Source of the DNA: Promethearchaeota archaeon
GTDB taxonomy: Archaea > Asgardarchaeota > Lokiarchaeia > Sigyniarchaeales > SOKP01
Length of the DNA stretch: 64,000 bases
NCBI GenBank assembly: GCA_030599585.1
Contig: JAUVNS010000007.1
Span: forward strand, 128,001-192,000
Reading direction: 5' to 3'
The notes beneath the pieces were generated by a model. The model had not been told where the DNA came from. It saw only the letters and a program-made list of their open reading frames with translations, and made no database searches. The translations under genes were made by a program, and so were the position numbers. Shown piece after piece: positions 9,546 through 20,059 of the stretch. Numbering within the stretch: position 1 is the stretch's first letter; each line of letters begins with the position of its first letter.

Positions 9546-9869
9546 TTATCCGGGTGGAGTTTGTCCAATTGATGAATAGGCTTCTTCTATAGTGGCCCAA
9601 GTCTCTATTGAATATTTAAATCCAGGGACTGTTAAATACATGTTTAACATAGCCATAGCGCGTCTTCTAATTGCTTCTAATTTCCCTTCCTTTACCAGCG
9701 TTACATTAAGTGATTTTATACCATCCATATCGGCATTTATAGCATTAGGCACAAGAGTTTCCCCAAGACTATCATCTGGTGGAAATTTTTTATTAACTTC
9801 AATACCTTTTTTTATCATCTCTGCTGTAGACTCACCAGGCCAACGAATAAAGGTAACTATATAAGGCAT
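9546..9869 (-). CDS. Hypothetical small protein
   Basis: 107-aa ORF with GAGG upstream; 'KFPPDDSLGETLVP'; U-tract after the stop. Confidence 0.7.
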   Translation of the reverse strand: MPYIVTFIRWPGESTAEMIKKGIEVNKKFPPDDSLGETLVPNAINADMDGIKSLNVTLVKEGKLEAIRRRAMAMLNMYLTVPGFKYSIETWATIEEAYSSIGQTPPG

Positions 9870-10106
9870 TTATATTTCCTCTTTTGATTATTAAATTTTT
9901 ATACGGATTTTAAAAAACTCGCAATTAAAATTAATTCAGATCTCTTATTTAAATATTTACATTTTTGTCAATGGTATCTAATTTAGCCTATAATTTTAAA
10001 AATTGTAGAAAATAAACTAAGAATAGTGGAGTTAGAGATTAATCAATATATTTTTATTGGCTTCCTAGGAATATAATCTAAAAATTATGCAAAATAATTA
10101 AAATAG

Positions 10107-11231
10107 CTACTTTTCAATCAATCTTCCAATAGGATAAGATCCATACTTCTTAACAGTATCAATCATTGCTTTAACATTTTCATATTTACAGGTACTCAAA
10201 ATATCTGAACCCGCGCCTAAGATGAATCCCCCACCTTTAGCGGCATCCTGAAGAGCTTGTTTGGTTGCTTCTATTGTGGCCTCTATAGAGCCGTATGTTA
10301 AAACATAAGTGGCAGAAATATTACCGATAAGACAGATGTCTGCTCCGTATTCTTCTTTGAGAGGCTTTAACCTCATCCCCGATTCGTACTCTAAAGGATC
10401 AATCCCATCTACCCCAGAATTAATAAGATATGGCATAGTTTCCGTAACGTCTCCATCTGAATGAATAAGTAATTTAGCACCGTGCTTATGTGCATTCTTT
10501 GCTAGTTCTTTGTAAACTGGAGTTACAATTTCATTCCAATACTTAGGATTAAAAATGGTGCTTCCCTTTAGCGCCCAATCATCGCAAATAAATACCAAAT
10601 CAATTTCTTTTTCAAAAAAACAGTTCTGTAATTCTTTTGTAATTCGCCCTAAAGCTTTAGCGAGTTCTTTAACTAAATTAAAGTGTTTCCGGATCATATA
10701 TGCAAACTTGTTTATCCCTATCATTGACCAAGACGCGAACGCAACGGAACCTCCAGTCGGAATTGTAACCAAACCTTTTTGAAGATAACTGTCCCAAATT
10801 TTTTTAAATGATTTAAAGTGAATATCTCCAGCAGGTTCCCATGTATTGATATAAGCGATCCATTCTTTCAGTAATTCTGGTGTCTTTAAAACCCCATCCC
10901 GATACCAATCGCCTTCGTAATAGCTAGCCCATTCTGTGACACCGGAGGACTTTATATTATATTCTTTTAAAATTTCTTCTGGAACTTCAGGCTTTTTATG
11001 AGAGTGCGTTCTAATTCTATCGTAATGATACCAAATTGAATCAAATCCCATATGAATTGCTGCCTCATACATGATATGCTTAGAAAGATGTTTACTTTCA
11101 TCAATTCCCATTTTTTCTACCACTTTTTTTGTGAATGGGTAATCGAAGAATTGTGCCAATGTGGGGACACGGTCAGGTTCTTCGTGCTCTAAGGTTTTAA
11201 TTATTCTTTCATGTACGTTCATGTCAATCAT
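10107..11231 (-). CDS. Uroporphyrinogen decarboxylase / MtaA-CmuA superfamily protein
   Basis: 'HERIIKTLEHEEPDRVP', 'ICDDWA', 'IHSDGDV', 'LIGNIS', 'GGGFILGAG'. Confidence 0.85.
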   Translation of the reverse strand: MIDMNVHERIIKTLEHEEPDRVPTLAQFFDYPFTKKVVEKMGIDESKHLSKHIMYEAAIHMGFDSIWYHYDRIRTHSHKKPEVPEEILKEYNIKSSGVTEWASYYEGDWYRDGVLKTPELLKEWIAYINTWEPAGDIHFKSFKKIWDSYLQKGLVTIPTGGSVAFASWSMIGINKFAYMIRKHFNLVKELAKALGRITKELQNCFFEKEIDLVFICDDWALKGSTIFNPKYWNEIVTPVYKELAKNAHKHGAKLLIHSDGDVTETMPYLINSGVDGIDPLEYESGMRLKPLKEEYGADICLIGNISATYVLTYGSIEATIEATKQALQDAAKGGGFILGAGSDILSTCKYENVKAMIDTVKKYGSYPIGRLIEK

Positions 11232-11404
11232 TACAAGTATTTTTCAGTGAGAGATAATAAATACATTAAATTTTATTTTCAAATAAATTTTGTGAGGTAT
11301 AAGACGAACATGAACCTTTAGAATATTTCTCCCTCAAACTCCTAAAACTTTAACAAATAAAAAAAATTAATTACAATAATAAATTAAGATTTCTGGAATT
11401 TATT

Positions 11405-12643
11405 ATGAAAGTAAATAGGCGAATGGAACTATTTGGGAAAGTAAGCGACGAAGATTGGAATAACTGGCGATGGCAATTTAGAAATAGGATTACTACTCTC
11501 GAGGATCTCAAAGAATTCATTCCGCTAACAAAGGAGGAAGATGATCCTAGTATCTTGGAAAAGATGAGAATGGCTATCACCCCCTATTATTTATCATTAA
11601 TCGATCCTCATGATCCATACGATCCCATTCGCAAACAAGCAATCCCTACAATCCATGAACTCCATAAATCTTCTGCTGATTTAGTAGATCCGCTTCACGA
11701 AGATGTTGACTCTCCCACTCCTGGGTTAACTCATAGATATCCAGATCGAGTATTATTTTTAATTACGGAAAACTGTTCTATGTACTGTAGACACTGCACT
11801 CGAAGGAGATTTGCAGGCCATCACGATAAAGCACCTCCAAAGGATCAGATAGATAAATGTATAGATTATATTCAGGAAACACCCGCAATTAGAGATGTCT
11901 TATTATCAGGAGGCGATGCGATGCTTATCTCAGATAAATTATTAGAGGACATCTTGATAAAGTTAAAAGAAATCTCGCATGTAGAAATCGTTCGGTTAGG
12001 TTCTAGAAGTCCGGTTGTTATGCCACAACGTATTACTCCTGATTTATGCGAGATGCTTGAACAATATCATCCCATATGGTTTAATACTCACTTCAACCAT
12101 CCGAATGAAATTACTGAAGACTCTAAGAGAGCATGTGAAATGTTAGCCGATGCCGGTATCCCTCTCGGAAACCAATCAGTCCTATTAAGAGGTGTAAATG
12201 ATTGTATCCATGTTATGAAAAAATTAGTCCAAGAACTAGTAAAAATTAGAGTTCGACCGTATTACATTTACCAATGCGATTTATCCGTAGGATTAGGGCA
12301 TTTTAGAACAAGTGTTGCTCAAGGAATTGAAATTATTGAGGGTCTAAGAGGACATACATCTGGTTTATGTGTCCCAACATTTGTTGTAGATGCTCCGGGT
12401 GGCGGAGGGAAAATTCCTGTAATGCCTGATTACACAATCTCTCAAGGAAATTCGAGAGTTGTTTTAAGAAATTTTGAGGGAGTTATTACGACGTACGAGG
12501 AACCAACTAATTACATACCAGATTGTCATTGCGAAGATTGCGAAAAACAAATAGGGGTTTCAGCATTATTAAGTGGTCAAAAGATGACTATTGAACCCGA
12601 TGATTTAGAAAGAAACTTAAGAAAAAAAAAACTAAGTAAATAG
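11405..12643 (+). CDS. kamA: Lysine 2,3-aminomutase (radical SAM/PLP)
   Basis: 'WNNWRWQ', 'THRYPDR', CxxxCxxC 'CSMYCRHCTRRR', 'DAPGGGGKIP'. Confidence 0.97.
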   Translation: MKVNRRMELFGKVSDEDWNNWRWQFRNRITTLEDLKEFIPLTKEEDDPSILEKMRMAITPYYLSLIDPHDPYDPIRKQAIPTIHELHKSSADLVDPLHEDVDSPTPGLTHRYPDRVLFLITENCSMYCRHCTRRRFAGHHDKAPPKDQIDKCIDYIQETPAIRDVLLSGGDAMLISDKLLEDILIKLKEISHVEIVRLGSRSPVVMPQRITPDLCEMLEQYHPIWFNTHFNHPNEITEDSKRACEMLADAGIPLGNQSVLLRGVNDCIHVMKKLVQELVKIRVRPYYIYQCDLSVGLGHFRTSVAQGIEIIEGLRGHTSGLCVPTFVVDAPGGGGKIPVMPDYTISQGNSRVVLRNFEGVITTYEEPTNYIPDCHCEDCEKQIGVSALLSGQKMTIEPDDLERNLRKKKLSK

Positions 12644-12748
12644 TAACTTCTAGTATAGTATCTTTGAACATCGGCAATTTTAAAATTTTGGCTCAGTTAT
12701 TTTAGCATATTTTAAAATCATACCCTCTTTTAATTATTTGAAGCACAG

Positions 12749-13801
12749 ATGTTGTCTGGTAATGAGGACTTTCCTACTCTTCTAATCAACGCCATAAAGA
12801 AGAATAAAGTCATATCAATAATTGGTTTATCTAAAAATGTAAGTAAAACTACCACATTAAATCACATAATTAATTTACTAAAGGATAAGCAAACAATTGG
12901 AGTCACATCCATAGGTCGAGACGGAGAACCCTACGATGCGATTACAGAACTCCCAAAACCTAAGATTATAGTTGAAAAAGGAACAATCTTTGCTACAGCA
13001 GAAGATTCTTTAAAGAATAGCGATATAGAGACCGTACTTATTGAAAGCACTAATTTCACTACGCCACTCGGGATCATCAATGTTTACAAAGCAAAAAATA
13101 AAGGTTATGTTGAATTAGCTGGCCCTTCAATGAATAAGCAATTAAAGCACCTCTGTAATGACATGTTAAAGATAGGTTGTGATGTGATTTTTATTGATGG
13201 TGCATTTGATAGGAGATCATTTGCAACACCCCTTATTTCTGATGCAACAATATTATCCACGGGAGCGTCTGTATCCAGAAACATGGAGAAAGTTGTTGAT
13301 CAAACTTCCCATATTTATGATTTATTTACCTTAGATGTAATTAAAGACGATAAAATCAGGAAAATCAGCAAAGATATCTTACTCACTGCTCAAGTAGGAA
13401 TTATAAATGATGACTATTCGACTAAGAAATTAGAAGAATCTACTGCTTTGGGATCGTCTAAAGTAATCTTTGACCAAATAACGAAAAACGCTAAATATCT
13501 GGTAATAAAGGGAGCGATAACCGATAACATTTTAGATGAATATGTAACTAATAAAAAAGTAAAAGACTTTAATGTAATTGCCACAGATCCTACTAAATTA
13601 TTTATTAGTAAGCAAGTTTTCTATAAATTTATAAAAAAGGGGGGTCGCTTAAAGGTGCTAGATCGAATTAATTTAATTGCAATTACGGTTAATCATACAT
13701 CTCCACTAGGGTATGAATTTGAAAATAACCAGTTCATGAGGTTATTACAAGAGAGAATTAACGTTCCTATATTCAATCTTGGTCCTTGTGACAACTTATA
13801 A
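12749..13801 (+). CDS. kamB: KamB-like protein (lysine 5,6-aminomutase accessory/reactivase subunit)
   Basis: 'ISIIGLSKNVSKTTTLN', 'TSIGRDGE', 'IDGAFDR', 'ILSTGA'; sits between kamA and kamD as in clostridial clusters. Confidence 0.75.
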   Translation: MLSGNEDFPTLLINAIKKNKVISIIGLSKNVSKTTTLNHIINLLKDKQTIGVTSIGRDGEPYDAITELPKPKIIVEKGTIFATAEDSLKNSDIETVLIESTNFTTPLGIINVYKAKNKGYVELAGPSMNKQLKHLCNDMLKIGCDVIFIDGAFDRRSFATPLISDATILSTGASVSRNMEKVVDQTSHIYDLFTLDVIKDDKIRKISKDILLTAQVGIINDDYSTKKLEESTALGSSKVIFDQITKNAKYLVIKGAITDNILDEYVTNKKVKDFNVIATDPTKLFISKQVFYKFIKKGGRLKVLDRINLIAITVNHTSPLGYEFENNQFMRLLQERINVPIFNLGPCDNL

Positions 13802-13846
13802 TTTAAACTTTAGATTATTAAAATTATCTTTAGAGATGAAACTTAC

Positions 13847-15415
13847 ATGAATAAATTAAATTTGGATTTTTCATTCGTTGAAACTGCGAGGAAATTAGCT
13901 CGGAATATTGCTAATGATACTCAAAAGTTCATTGATAAACACACTACTACTTCAATTGAAAGAACGATTTGTAGATTATTAGGGATCGATGGGGTTGATG
14001 AATTTGGAGTTCCATTACCTAACTTAGTAGTAGATCACATTCAACAAAAAGAACATATCAATAATGGCATTGCCATGTACCTTGGGAATACCATTTTACA
14101 TACTAACTTATCTCCTCAAAATATTGCAGAAAAAATATCTAAAAACCAATTAAACATGACAGAATTTCCCTTGAACGACATATCTGAGATAAAAAATGTA
14201 TTATCATCTATAGTCCAGAAAAACTTGGATATAATTAAGCGAAACAAGCAAGATAGAGAAGAATTAATTAATAGATATGGAGAAAAAACGGAACCACTAA
14301 TATATTTGATAGTTGCTACTGGAAATATTTTTGAAGACATGGTTCAAGCACAAGCAGCAGCAAGACAAGGTGCCGATGTTATCGCAGTAATACGCTCTAC
14401 GGGGCAAAGTTTATTAGATTATGTTCCTTATGGTGCCACAACAGAAGGTTTTGGAGGCACTTATGCAACGCAAGAAAATTTCCGTCTTATGAGGTCAGCC
14501 TTAGATAAGGTTAGCGAAGAAGAAGGTAGATATATTAGGCTCACTAACTACTGTTCGGGACTTTGTATGCCAGAAATTGCTGCTATGGGAGCATTTGAAA
14601 GATTAGATATGATGTTAAATGATGCGTTATATGGAATTTTATTTAGGGATATAAACATGCAAAGAACGATAATCGATCAATATTTTTCAAGGATGATAAA
14701 TGCATATGCTGGAGTAATCATCAATACAGGGGAGGACAATTATCTTACCACTGATGACGCTTATGATGCTGCTCATACAGTGTTGGCATCACAATTCATT
14801 AACGAACAATTTGCGAAATTAGCCGGTTTAAGTGAAGAGCAAATGGGATTAGGACATGCGTTTGAAATGAACCCTGAGATGGAAAATGGATTTGTTTACG
14901 AACTTGCACAAGCGCAAATGGCAAGAGAAATATTTCCAAGTGCTCCTTTGAAATACATGCCTCCAACAAAATATATGACGGGAAACATTTTTAAGGGTCA
15001 CGTTCAAGATGCGTTATTCAATATCATTACAATTCTCACAAATCAGAGAATTCACTTACTCGGAATGTTAACCGAAGCAATTCACACGCCATTTATGTCA
15101 GATCGGGCTTTATCCATTGAAAATGCGAAATATATTTTTAAAAATATGAAAAATTTAGGAGAAGAAATTACGTTTAAAGAAGGCGGGATAATACAACAAC
15201 GCGCAAACGAAGTATTGAAGAAAGCTCTTGTACTTCTAATAAAAATAGAAAGGGAGGGTTTATTCAAGACAATTGAAAAAGGGATTTTCGCGCAGATAAA
15301 AAGGCCAATTGATGGTGGGAAAGGATTAGATGGTGTAATTCCTAAAAGCAAAGAATATTTTAATCCTTTCTTGGAAATCATGTCAAAAGAACTACACTTA
15401 GGAGGCGAAAAATAA
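13847..15415 (+). CDS. kamD: D-lysine/beta-lysine 5,6-aminomutase alpha subunit
   Basis: 'IVATGNIFED', 'GQSLLDYVPYGATTEGFGGT', 'NYCSGLCMPEIA', 'KYMPPTK'. Confidence 0.97.
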   Translation: MNKLNLDFSFVETARKLARNIANDTQKFIDKHTTTSIERTICRLLGIDGVDEFGVPLPNLVVDHIQQKEHINNGIAMYLGNTILHTNLSPQNIAEKISKNQLNMTEFPLNDISEIKNVLSSIVQKNLDIIKRNKQDREELINRYGEKTEPLIYLIVATGNIFEDMVQAQAAARQGADVIAVIRSTGQSLLDYVPYGATTEGFGGTYATQENFRLMRSALDKVSEEEGRYIRLTNYCSGLCMPEIAAMGAFERLDMMLNDALYGILFRDINMQRTIIDQYFSRMINAYAGVIINTGEDNYLTTDDAYDAAHTVLASQFINEQFAKLAGLSEEQMGLGHAFEMNPEMENGFVYELAQAQMAREIFPSAPLKYMPPTKYMTGNIFKGHVQDALFNIITILTNQRIHLLGMLTEAIHTPFMSDRALSIENAKYIFKNMKNLGEEITFKEGGIIQQRANEVLKKALVLLIKIEREGLFKTIEKGIFAQIKRPIDGGKGLDGVIPKSKEYFNPFLEIMSKELHLGGEK

Positions 15416-16204
15416 ATGGGTGGTGGACTCTATTCTACAAAAAAAAAAGAATATGACAAGAATTTAGATCTAACTAATATCAGACCGTATGGAGATACAA
15501 TGAACGATGGAAAAATGCAGGTTAGTTTTACTCTTCCTGTAGATGATGGAGAAAAAGCTATATTTGCAGCATTAGAATTGGGTAGAAAGATGGGGATAGA
15601 AGAACCTTCAGTAGCATATCATATATCTTTAGATAAGGGATTCACTTATTTTGTGTTATATGGACGTCTTAAACATTCGATTGATTATACTAAAATAAAA
15701 GTAGAATCTGTAGAAGTTGAAGCGATGACGATTAAAGAAATAAATGATTTTATTAAAGCCGAAATAAAACGTAAATTAGTAGTTATTGGCGCTACAACCG
15801 GGACTGATGCACACACGGTAGGAATCGATGCTATTATGAACATGAAGGGATTTGCTGGTCATTATGGACTAGAGCGATATGAGATGATTGAAGCCTATAA
15901 TTTTGGAAGCCAGGTAACAAATGAAGAATTCGTAAAAAAAGCAATAGATCTTGACGCTGACGTACTTCTTGTTTCTCAAACTGTAACGCAGAAAGATATC
16001 CATGTGAGAAATTTAACTAATCTAGTCGATCTACTGGAAGCTGAAGAGTTAAGAGACAAAATCATTTTAGTCTGTGGTGGTCCAAGAATTTCGAACGAAC
16101 TTGCGAAAGAATTAGGATTTGATGCTGGTTTTGGCCCTAACACTTTTTCTGAGAATGTAGCAAGTTATTTTGTGAAAGAAATTTATAATAGAAAATATAA
16201 ATGA
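15416..16204 (+). CDS. kamE: Lysine 5,6-aminomutase beta subunit (B12/PLP-binding)
   Basis: 'PYGDTMNDGK', DxHxxG 'GTDAHTVGIDAIMNMKG'. Confidence 0.97.
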   Translation: MGGGLYSTKKKEYDKNLDLTNIRPYGDTMNDGKMQVSFTLPVDDGEKAIFAALELGRKMGIEEPSVAYHISLDKGFTYFVLYGRLKHSIDYTKIKVESVEVEAMTIKEINDFIKAEIKRKLVVIGATTGTDAHTVGIDAIMNMKGFAGHYGLERYEMIEAYNFGSQVTNEEFVKKAIDLDADVLLVSQTVTQKDIHVRNLTNLVDLLEAEELRDKIILVCGGPRISNELAKELGFDAGFGPNTFSENVASYFVKEIYNRKYK

Positions 16205-16219
16205 AAGACAAACACGATT

Positions 16220-16993
16220 ATGCCTCGATCAAGCGCTTATTCTGATGATGATTGGAAAAACATTAAATCTCATGTACCCCCAGTATATGATAAAAACGCT
16301 TATAATTTGATTTACGACCATCATTCTCACACATACTTCAGTGATGGAGTACTTACAATTAAACAAAATGTTGAATGGCATATAACTATGGGGTTCAACG
16401 CATTAACAATAACTGATCATAACAATATGCGGCATTTAGAAAAAGTTGATAAAGTTAAAGAAGAATATATTAAAAAGGGCATTCTTATAACAAGCGGGAT
16501 TGAATGGACAACTAAAAGGATTCATTTAAATTTCTTAGGTGTATCAAAGTGGGATACAAGAATCTCTTATAAACCCAAAGACGAAAAAATTACTGCCGCA
16601 ATTAACAAGGTTCACGATCAAGGGGGAATAGTTGTCTGTAATCATATTCCATGGAGTATAAAAGAAGCTAAATATGAAAATCATCCAACCCGAGAAACCC
16701 TAGTAGAATGGGGAATTGATTACATCGAGATTGTTAACGATGATTGTCAACCAGAAAATGTTTTCGATCAAGAATCCTATGATTTTTGTATGGCGCATAA
16801 GGGAGAAATTGGAATGCTTACTGGTACAGATATGCATAAGCCAGATGGATTATTAAGTGGGGGTGTTCATGGCTGGACGCTTTTAAACCTTAAAGAATTT
16901 ACCGAAGAAGCGTTATTAGAAGAATTAAGAAAGAAAAGAACCAAAATTCTTTATTCTGAAAAAACCTATTTTGATCTAGGTATTCATAAATAA
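16220..16993 (+). CDS. PHP-domain metal-dependent phosphoesterase
   Basis: 'DHHSHTYFSDG', 'ITDHN', 'GIEWT', 'NH', 'GTDMH'. Confidence 0.85.
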   Translation: MPRSSAYSDDDWKNIKSHVPPVYDKNAYNLIYDHHSHTYFSDGVLTIKQNVEWHITMGFNALTITDHNNMRHLEKVDKVKEEYIKKGILITSGIEWTTKRIHLNFLGVSKWDTRISYKPKDEKITAAINKVHDQGGIVVCNHIPWSIKEAKYENHPTRETLVEWGIDYIEIVNDDCQPENVFDQESYDFCMAHKGEIGMLTGTDMHKPDGLLSGGVHGWTLLNLKEFTEEALLEELRKKRTKILYSEKTYFDLGIHK

Positions 16994-17035
16994 ATAACTA
17001 AACAAAATTTAAAAATATAATAGAGGTTAGAATAA

Positions 17036-17950
17036 ATGTCTAAAAATATAATTATTCAAACCAAAAATTTAACTAAATATTACGGTAAATCAAGAGGTAT
17101 TGAAAACTTCGAACTTGATATATATCAGGGAGAAATTTTTGGCTTACTTGGACCTAATGGAGCGGGGAAAACTACTGTAGTTAGAACTCTTCTCGACTTA
17201 ATTCGAAAAACTTCAGGTGAAGCACAGATTTTTAATCTTGATGTTCACAATCATTCAACTGAAATTCGTCAACGCATTGCTTACCTACCAGGGGATCTAG
17301 GTTTATTTCAAGACAAAACTGCGAGGCGAAACCTACGATATCTTCTAGGACTTTATAAAAATCATATCCCTATCAGGAGAATTGAAGAGTTAGCAGAGAT
17401 ATTTGGATTAGAACTCGACAGAAAAGTTAAGGAACTAAGTAAAGGGAATAAACAAAAAGTTGGAATAGTACTCGCTTTAGCCCCCGAGGTGGATCTTCTA
17501 ATCTTAGACGAACCAACTTCTGGATTGGATCCTTTAATAACCGCTAAATTCTACAAGATTCTTCGTCAACAACAAAAAGAAACAGGTTCAACCGTACTTC
17601 TTAGCTCCCACTTGCTTGGAGAAGTTGAAAAAGTCGCTCATCGTGTGGGTATCATACGAGAAGGAACATTAGTTGAGGTAGCTACTATTCACCAACTAAA
17701 GAGCATGGCAATGAAAGAGATTAAAGTTGAATTTGCTACTAAAGAAGCACTTAAGAAATTCTCTGATCAACTACCGTCACAAACTGTAGAATCTGTTATA
17801 TTTAATGAAACCCATGCTTCATTCATGATTACTCGAGAACAACTATCTAATGTAATCGACTTACTTTCGAAATTTGAGATCTTCGATATAGAAATTACAA
17901 GTCCTGCGCTTGAGGATATATTTTTGAAATATTATGAGGTGGTGTCTTAA
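17036..17950 (+). CDS. ABC exporter ATP-binding subunit
   Basis: Walker A 'GPNGAGKT', signature 'LSKGNKQ', Walker B 'LILDEPT', 'SSH'. Confidence 0.95.
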   Translation: MSKNIIIQTKNLTKYYGKSRGIENFELDIYQGEIFGLLGPNGAGKTTVVRTLLDLIRKTSGEAQIFNLDVHNHSTEIRQRIAYLPGDLGLFQDKTARRNLRYLLGLYKNHIPIRRIEELAEIFGLELDRKVKELSKGNKQKVGIVLALAPEVDLLILDEPTSGLDPLITAKFYKILRQQQKETGSTVLLSSHLLGEVEKVAHRVGIIREGTLVEVATIHQLKSMAMKEIKVEFATKEALKKFSDQLPSQTVESVIFNETHASFMITREQLSNVIDLLSKFEIFDIEITSPALEDIFLKYYEVVS

Positions 17951-18778
17951 ATGAAACGATTTTTTAGCGCAGTTAAGGAGCTAATTTTAGAAAAGAAATT
18001 CATGATTCTAATATTAGGCAGTGTAATTGGCTTGTTAAGCTTTTTTATAATAACAATGCTGGAAAATCTGGATTTACAATCATTAGACGATATTCTTAGC
18101 ATGATGGGTGGATTTGAGGAAATATTGGATTTTTTTGGAGGCTTAGCGGTAATGTCTAACCCTTATGGATTTTGGTCTTTGGAAATTTTAAGCTTCATTT
18201 GGCTATATGCAGGGATCTATCTTATCTTTATAGCTAGTTCTCTCCTCTCCCAAGAAGTAGAAAATAAGACCATTGATCTATCCCTTTCTAAACCAATTTC
18301 TCGGTATAATTTCCTAGGAAGTAAAATTACATTCCTATATGTATTTATAATGACGACCGTTGGTATTTTCTTTCTAATAACTCTTGGAAGTATGGCAGGT
18401 TCACCAACTTTTAGAACGGAAGGAATTTACATTGACAGGTTATTTGCAACTTATTTTTCTGTTGTTCTCTTCCTTGGAGCGCTTGCAATGGTGGCTAAAT
18501 TCAGTTCAACAATATTCTTAAGTACGAAAAAATCGTTGGCAGTGGGAGTAATGGTTTTATTTATAATGTTTTTTCTCGGCGAATTTTACATTTATATGGA
18601 TGAAGCTATCCAGGGTATCAAATATATATCAATTTTCTATTACTATAATCCTATTGATTATTTGATACATGCAGATTTAGACTTATTTACACGAGATATT
18701 ATTGTCTTAGGAATTATCAACGGAGTTCTCATCGCAGGGAGTTTATTTGTTTTCAGTAGAAAGGATATCCCAAATTGA
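17951..18778 (+). CDS. ABC-2 type permease
   Basis: Six hydrophobic segments, 'EVENKTIDLSLSKPISR'; abuts the ATPase gene. Confidence 0.88.
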   Translation: MKRFFSAVKELILEKKFMILILGSVIGLLSFFIITMLENLDLQSLDDILSMMGGFEEILDFFGGLAVMSNPYGFWSLEILSFIWLYAGIYLIFIASSLLSQEVENKTIDLSLSKPISRYNFLGSKITFLYVFIMTTVGIFFLITLGSMAGSPTFRTEGIYIDRLFATYFSVVLFLGALAMVAKFSSTIFLSTKKSLAVGVMVLFIMFFLGEFYIYMDEAIQGIKYISIFYYYNPIDYLIHADLDLFTRDIIVLGIINGVLIAGSLFVFSRKDIPN

Positions 18779-18900
18779 ACTATATAAATTTTTTATTTTT
18801 ATTCTCAGAAGTATTTCGATAAGATTTTAAAAACACCTTATCTGGACCCAAGAACTACTAAAGTATTATAGTCTATTAGGCTACTAGTTACTTTTTAAAT

Positions 18901-20058
18901 TTAAGTTCTACCAAATTCTTGGATCGCTTTATACATAGCAACTATATTTTCAGGAGGTTGATCCAGTAGGAAGTTCGTTGGACCCGGAATGTATCCTCCT
19001 TTTAGCCCTAATTTTTTAATATAATTTTTAACTTCTTCTCTAACTTGTGTAGGAGACTCCTTATTAAGCATCTCAGTATCATCTATCGTGCCGAGTAGTG
19101 TTATACTAGGATATTTCTTGCGGTACATTTCAAGGTCGTTAATTTGAGGTTGTAAAGAATCTACTCCGTCAATACCCAATTCAACAAAATCGGGAAATAG
19201 TTCATGAATATCTCCACAGCTATGTATGATAAATTTCACTCCTTTATCATGAACGATATCTACATATCTCTTAAGGTAAGGTTTTATGAACTCACGCCAT
19301 TGCCTTAAAGGTATTTGTAATCCAAAATTATATCCATAATCATCCCCACACATTACCACCGATGGTTTCGTATTCATTAACATTTTTAAGGAAGGTTCTT
19401 CAATGACATCCCACTGAAAATCCATGTGTTTACGTAGGAATGTGGGTTTTTTCCGTGCGAATCTTGCAAAATTTGCAAATCCAATCCCCAGTATACAATT
19501 TTCGAATGGACCACTAATTCCTTGTGAAACCACAACATCATATTTTTTTAGCATATTTTTCCTCGATTTAGCGAGATGCCTAAATTGCATCTTCTGGGGA
19601 CTTATCCTATCTTCTGCTTCCCAATAGCCTTTAAAATCATTTTCATCTACAAGCGATGGACCTGTATACCATAAGAATGGTAATCCATTTTTACGAACGC
19701 TGAACTTATTTACCATTCCATTAGCAAAAATAAAACCATCGTTATTTCGTGCTTTTTTCATAGTTCCAGGAATAACTGTCTCCCAACACATATCGATTTT
19801 AGCGTCCAATCCCGCTGGGAGAATATTTGTTGGAGAAAATTTAGCAATTAGATACTGGATGTTTGGAACTTTATAGGACAAATTGTCTGTTTCGAATTGT
19901 AATAAATCTTCTTCTGTAAATGTAAATGGAGAATTCATAAATTTATGAAGAAAATCATAATCTGCTCCTAAACATAAACTTGCCAGCCTGTCGGGTTTTT
20001 CTCCGTCCAGAATCGTTAAAATTCGTTCTAATGAGTTCATGCTATCTCCGTTTACCAT
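18901..20058 (-). CDS. Uroporphyrinogen decarboxylase / MtaA-CmuA superfamily protein
   Basis: 'MNSLERILTILDGEKPDR', 'CGDDYG', 'IHSCGDI', 'GGYIPGP'. Confidence 0.85.
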   Translation of the reverse strand: MVNGDSMNSLERILTILDGEKPDRLASLCLGADYDFLHKFMNSPFTFTEEDLLQFETDNLSYKVPNIQYLIAKFSPTNILPAGLDAKIDMCWETVIPGTMKKARNNDGFIFANGMVNKFSVRKNGLPFLWYTGPSLVDENDFKGYWEAEDRISPQKMQFRHLAKSRKNMLKKYDVVVSQGISGPFENCILGIGFANFARFARKKPTFLRKHMDFQWDVIEEPSLKMLMNTKPSVVMCGDDYGYNFGLQIPLRQWREFIKPYLKRYVDIVHDKGVKFIIHSCGDIHELFPDFVELGIDGVDSLQPQINDLEMYRKKYPSITLLGTIDDTEMLNKESPTQVREEVKNYIKKLGLKGGYIPGPTNFLLDQPPENIVAMYKAIQEFGRT

Positions 20059-20059
20059 T

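Noticed and set aside
11292-11321. GTGAGGT followed by ATG AAC CTT TAG upstream of kamA, as a possible lysine leader
   Set aside because: Only three codons, no Lys codon, long SD spacing and no convincing structure.
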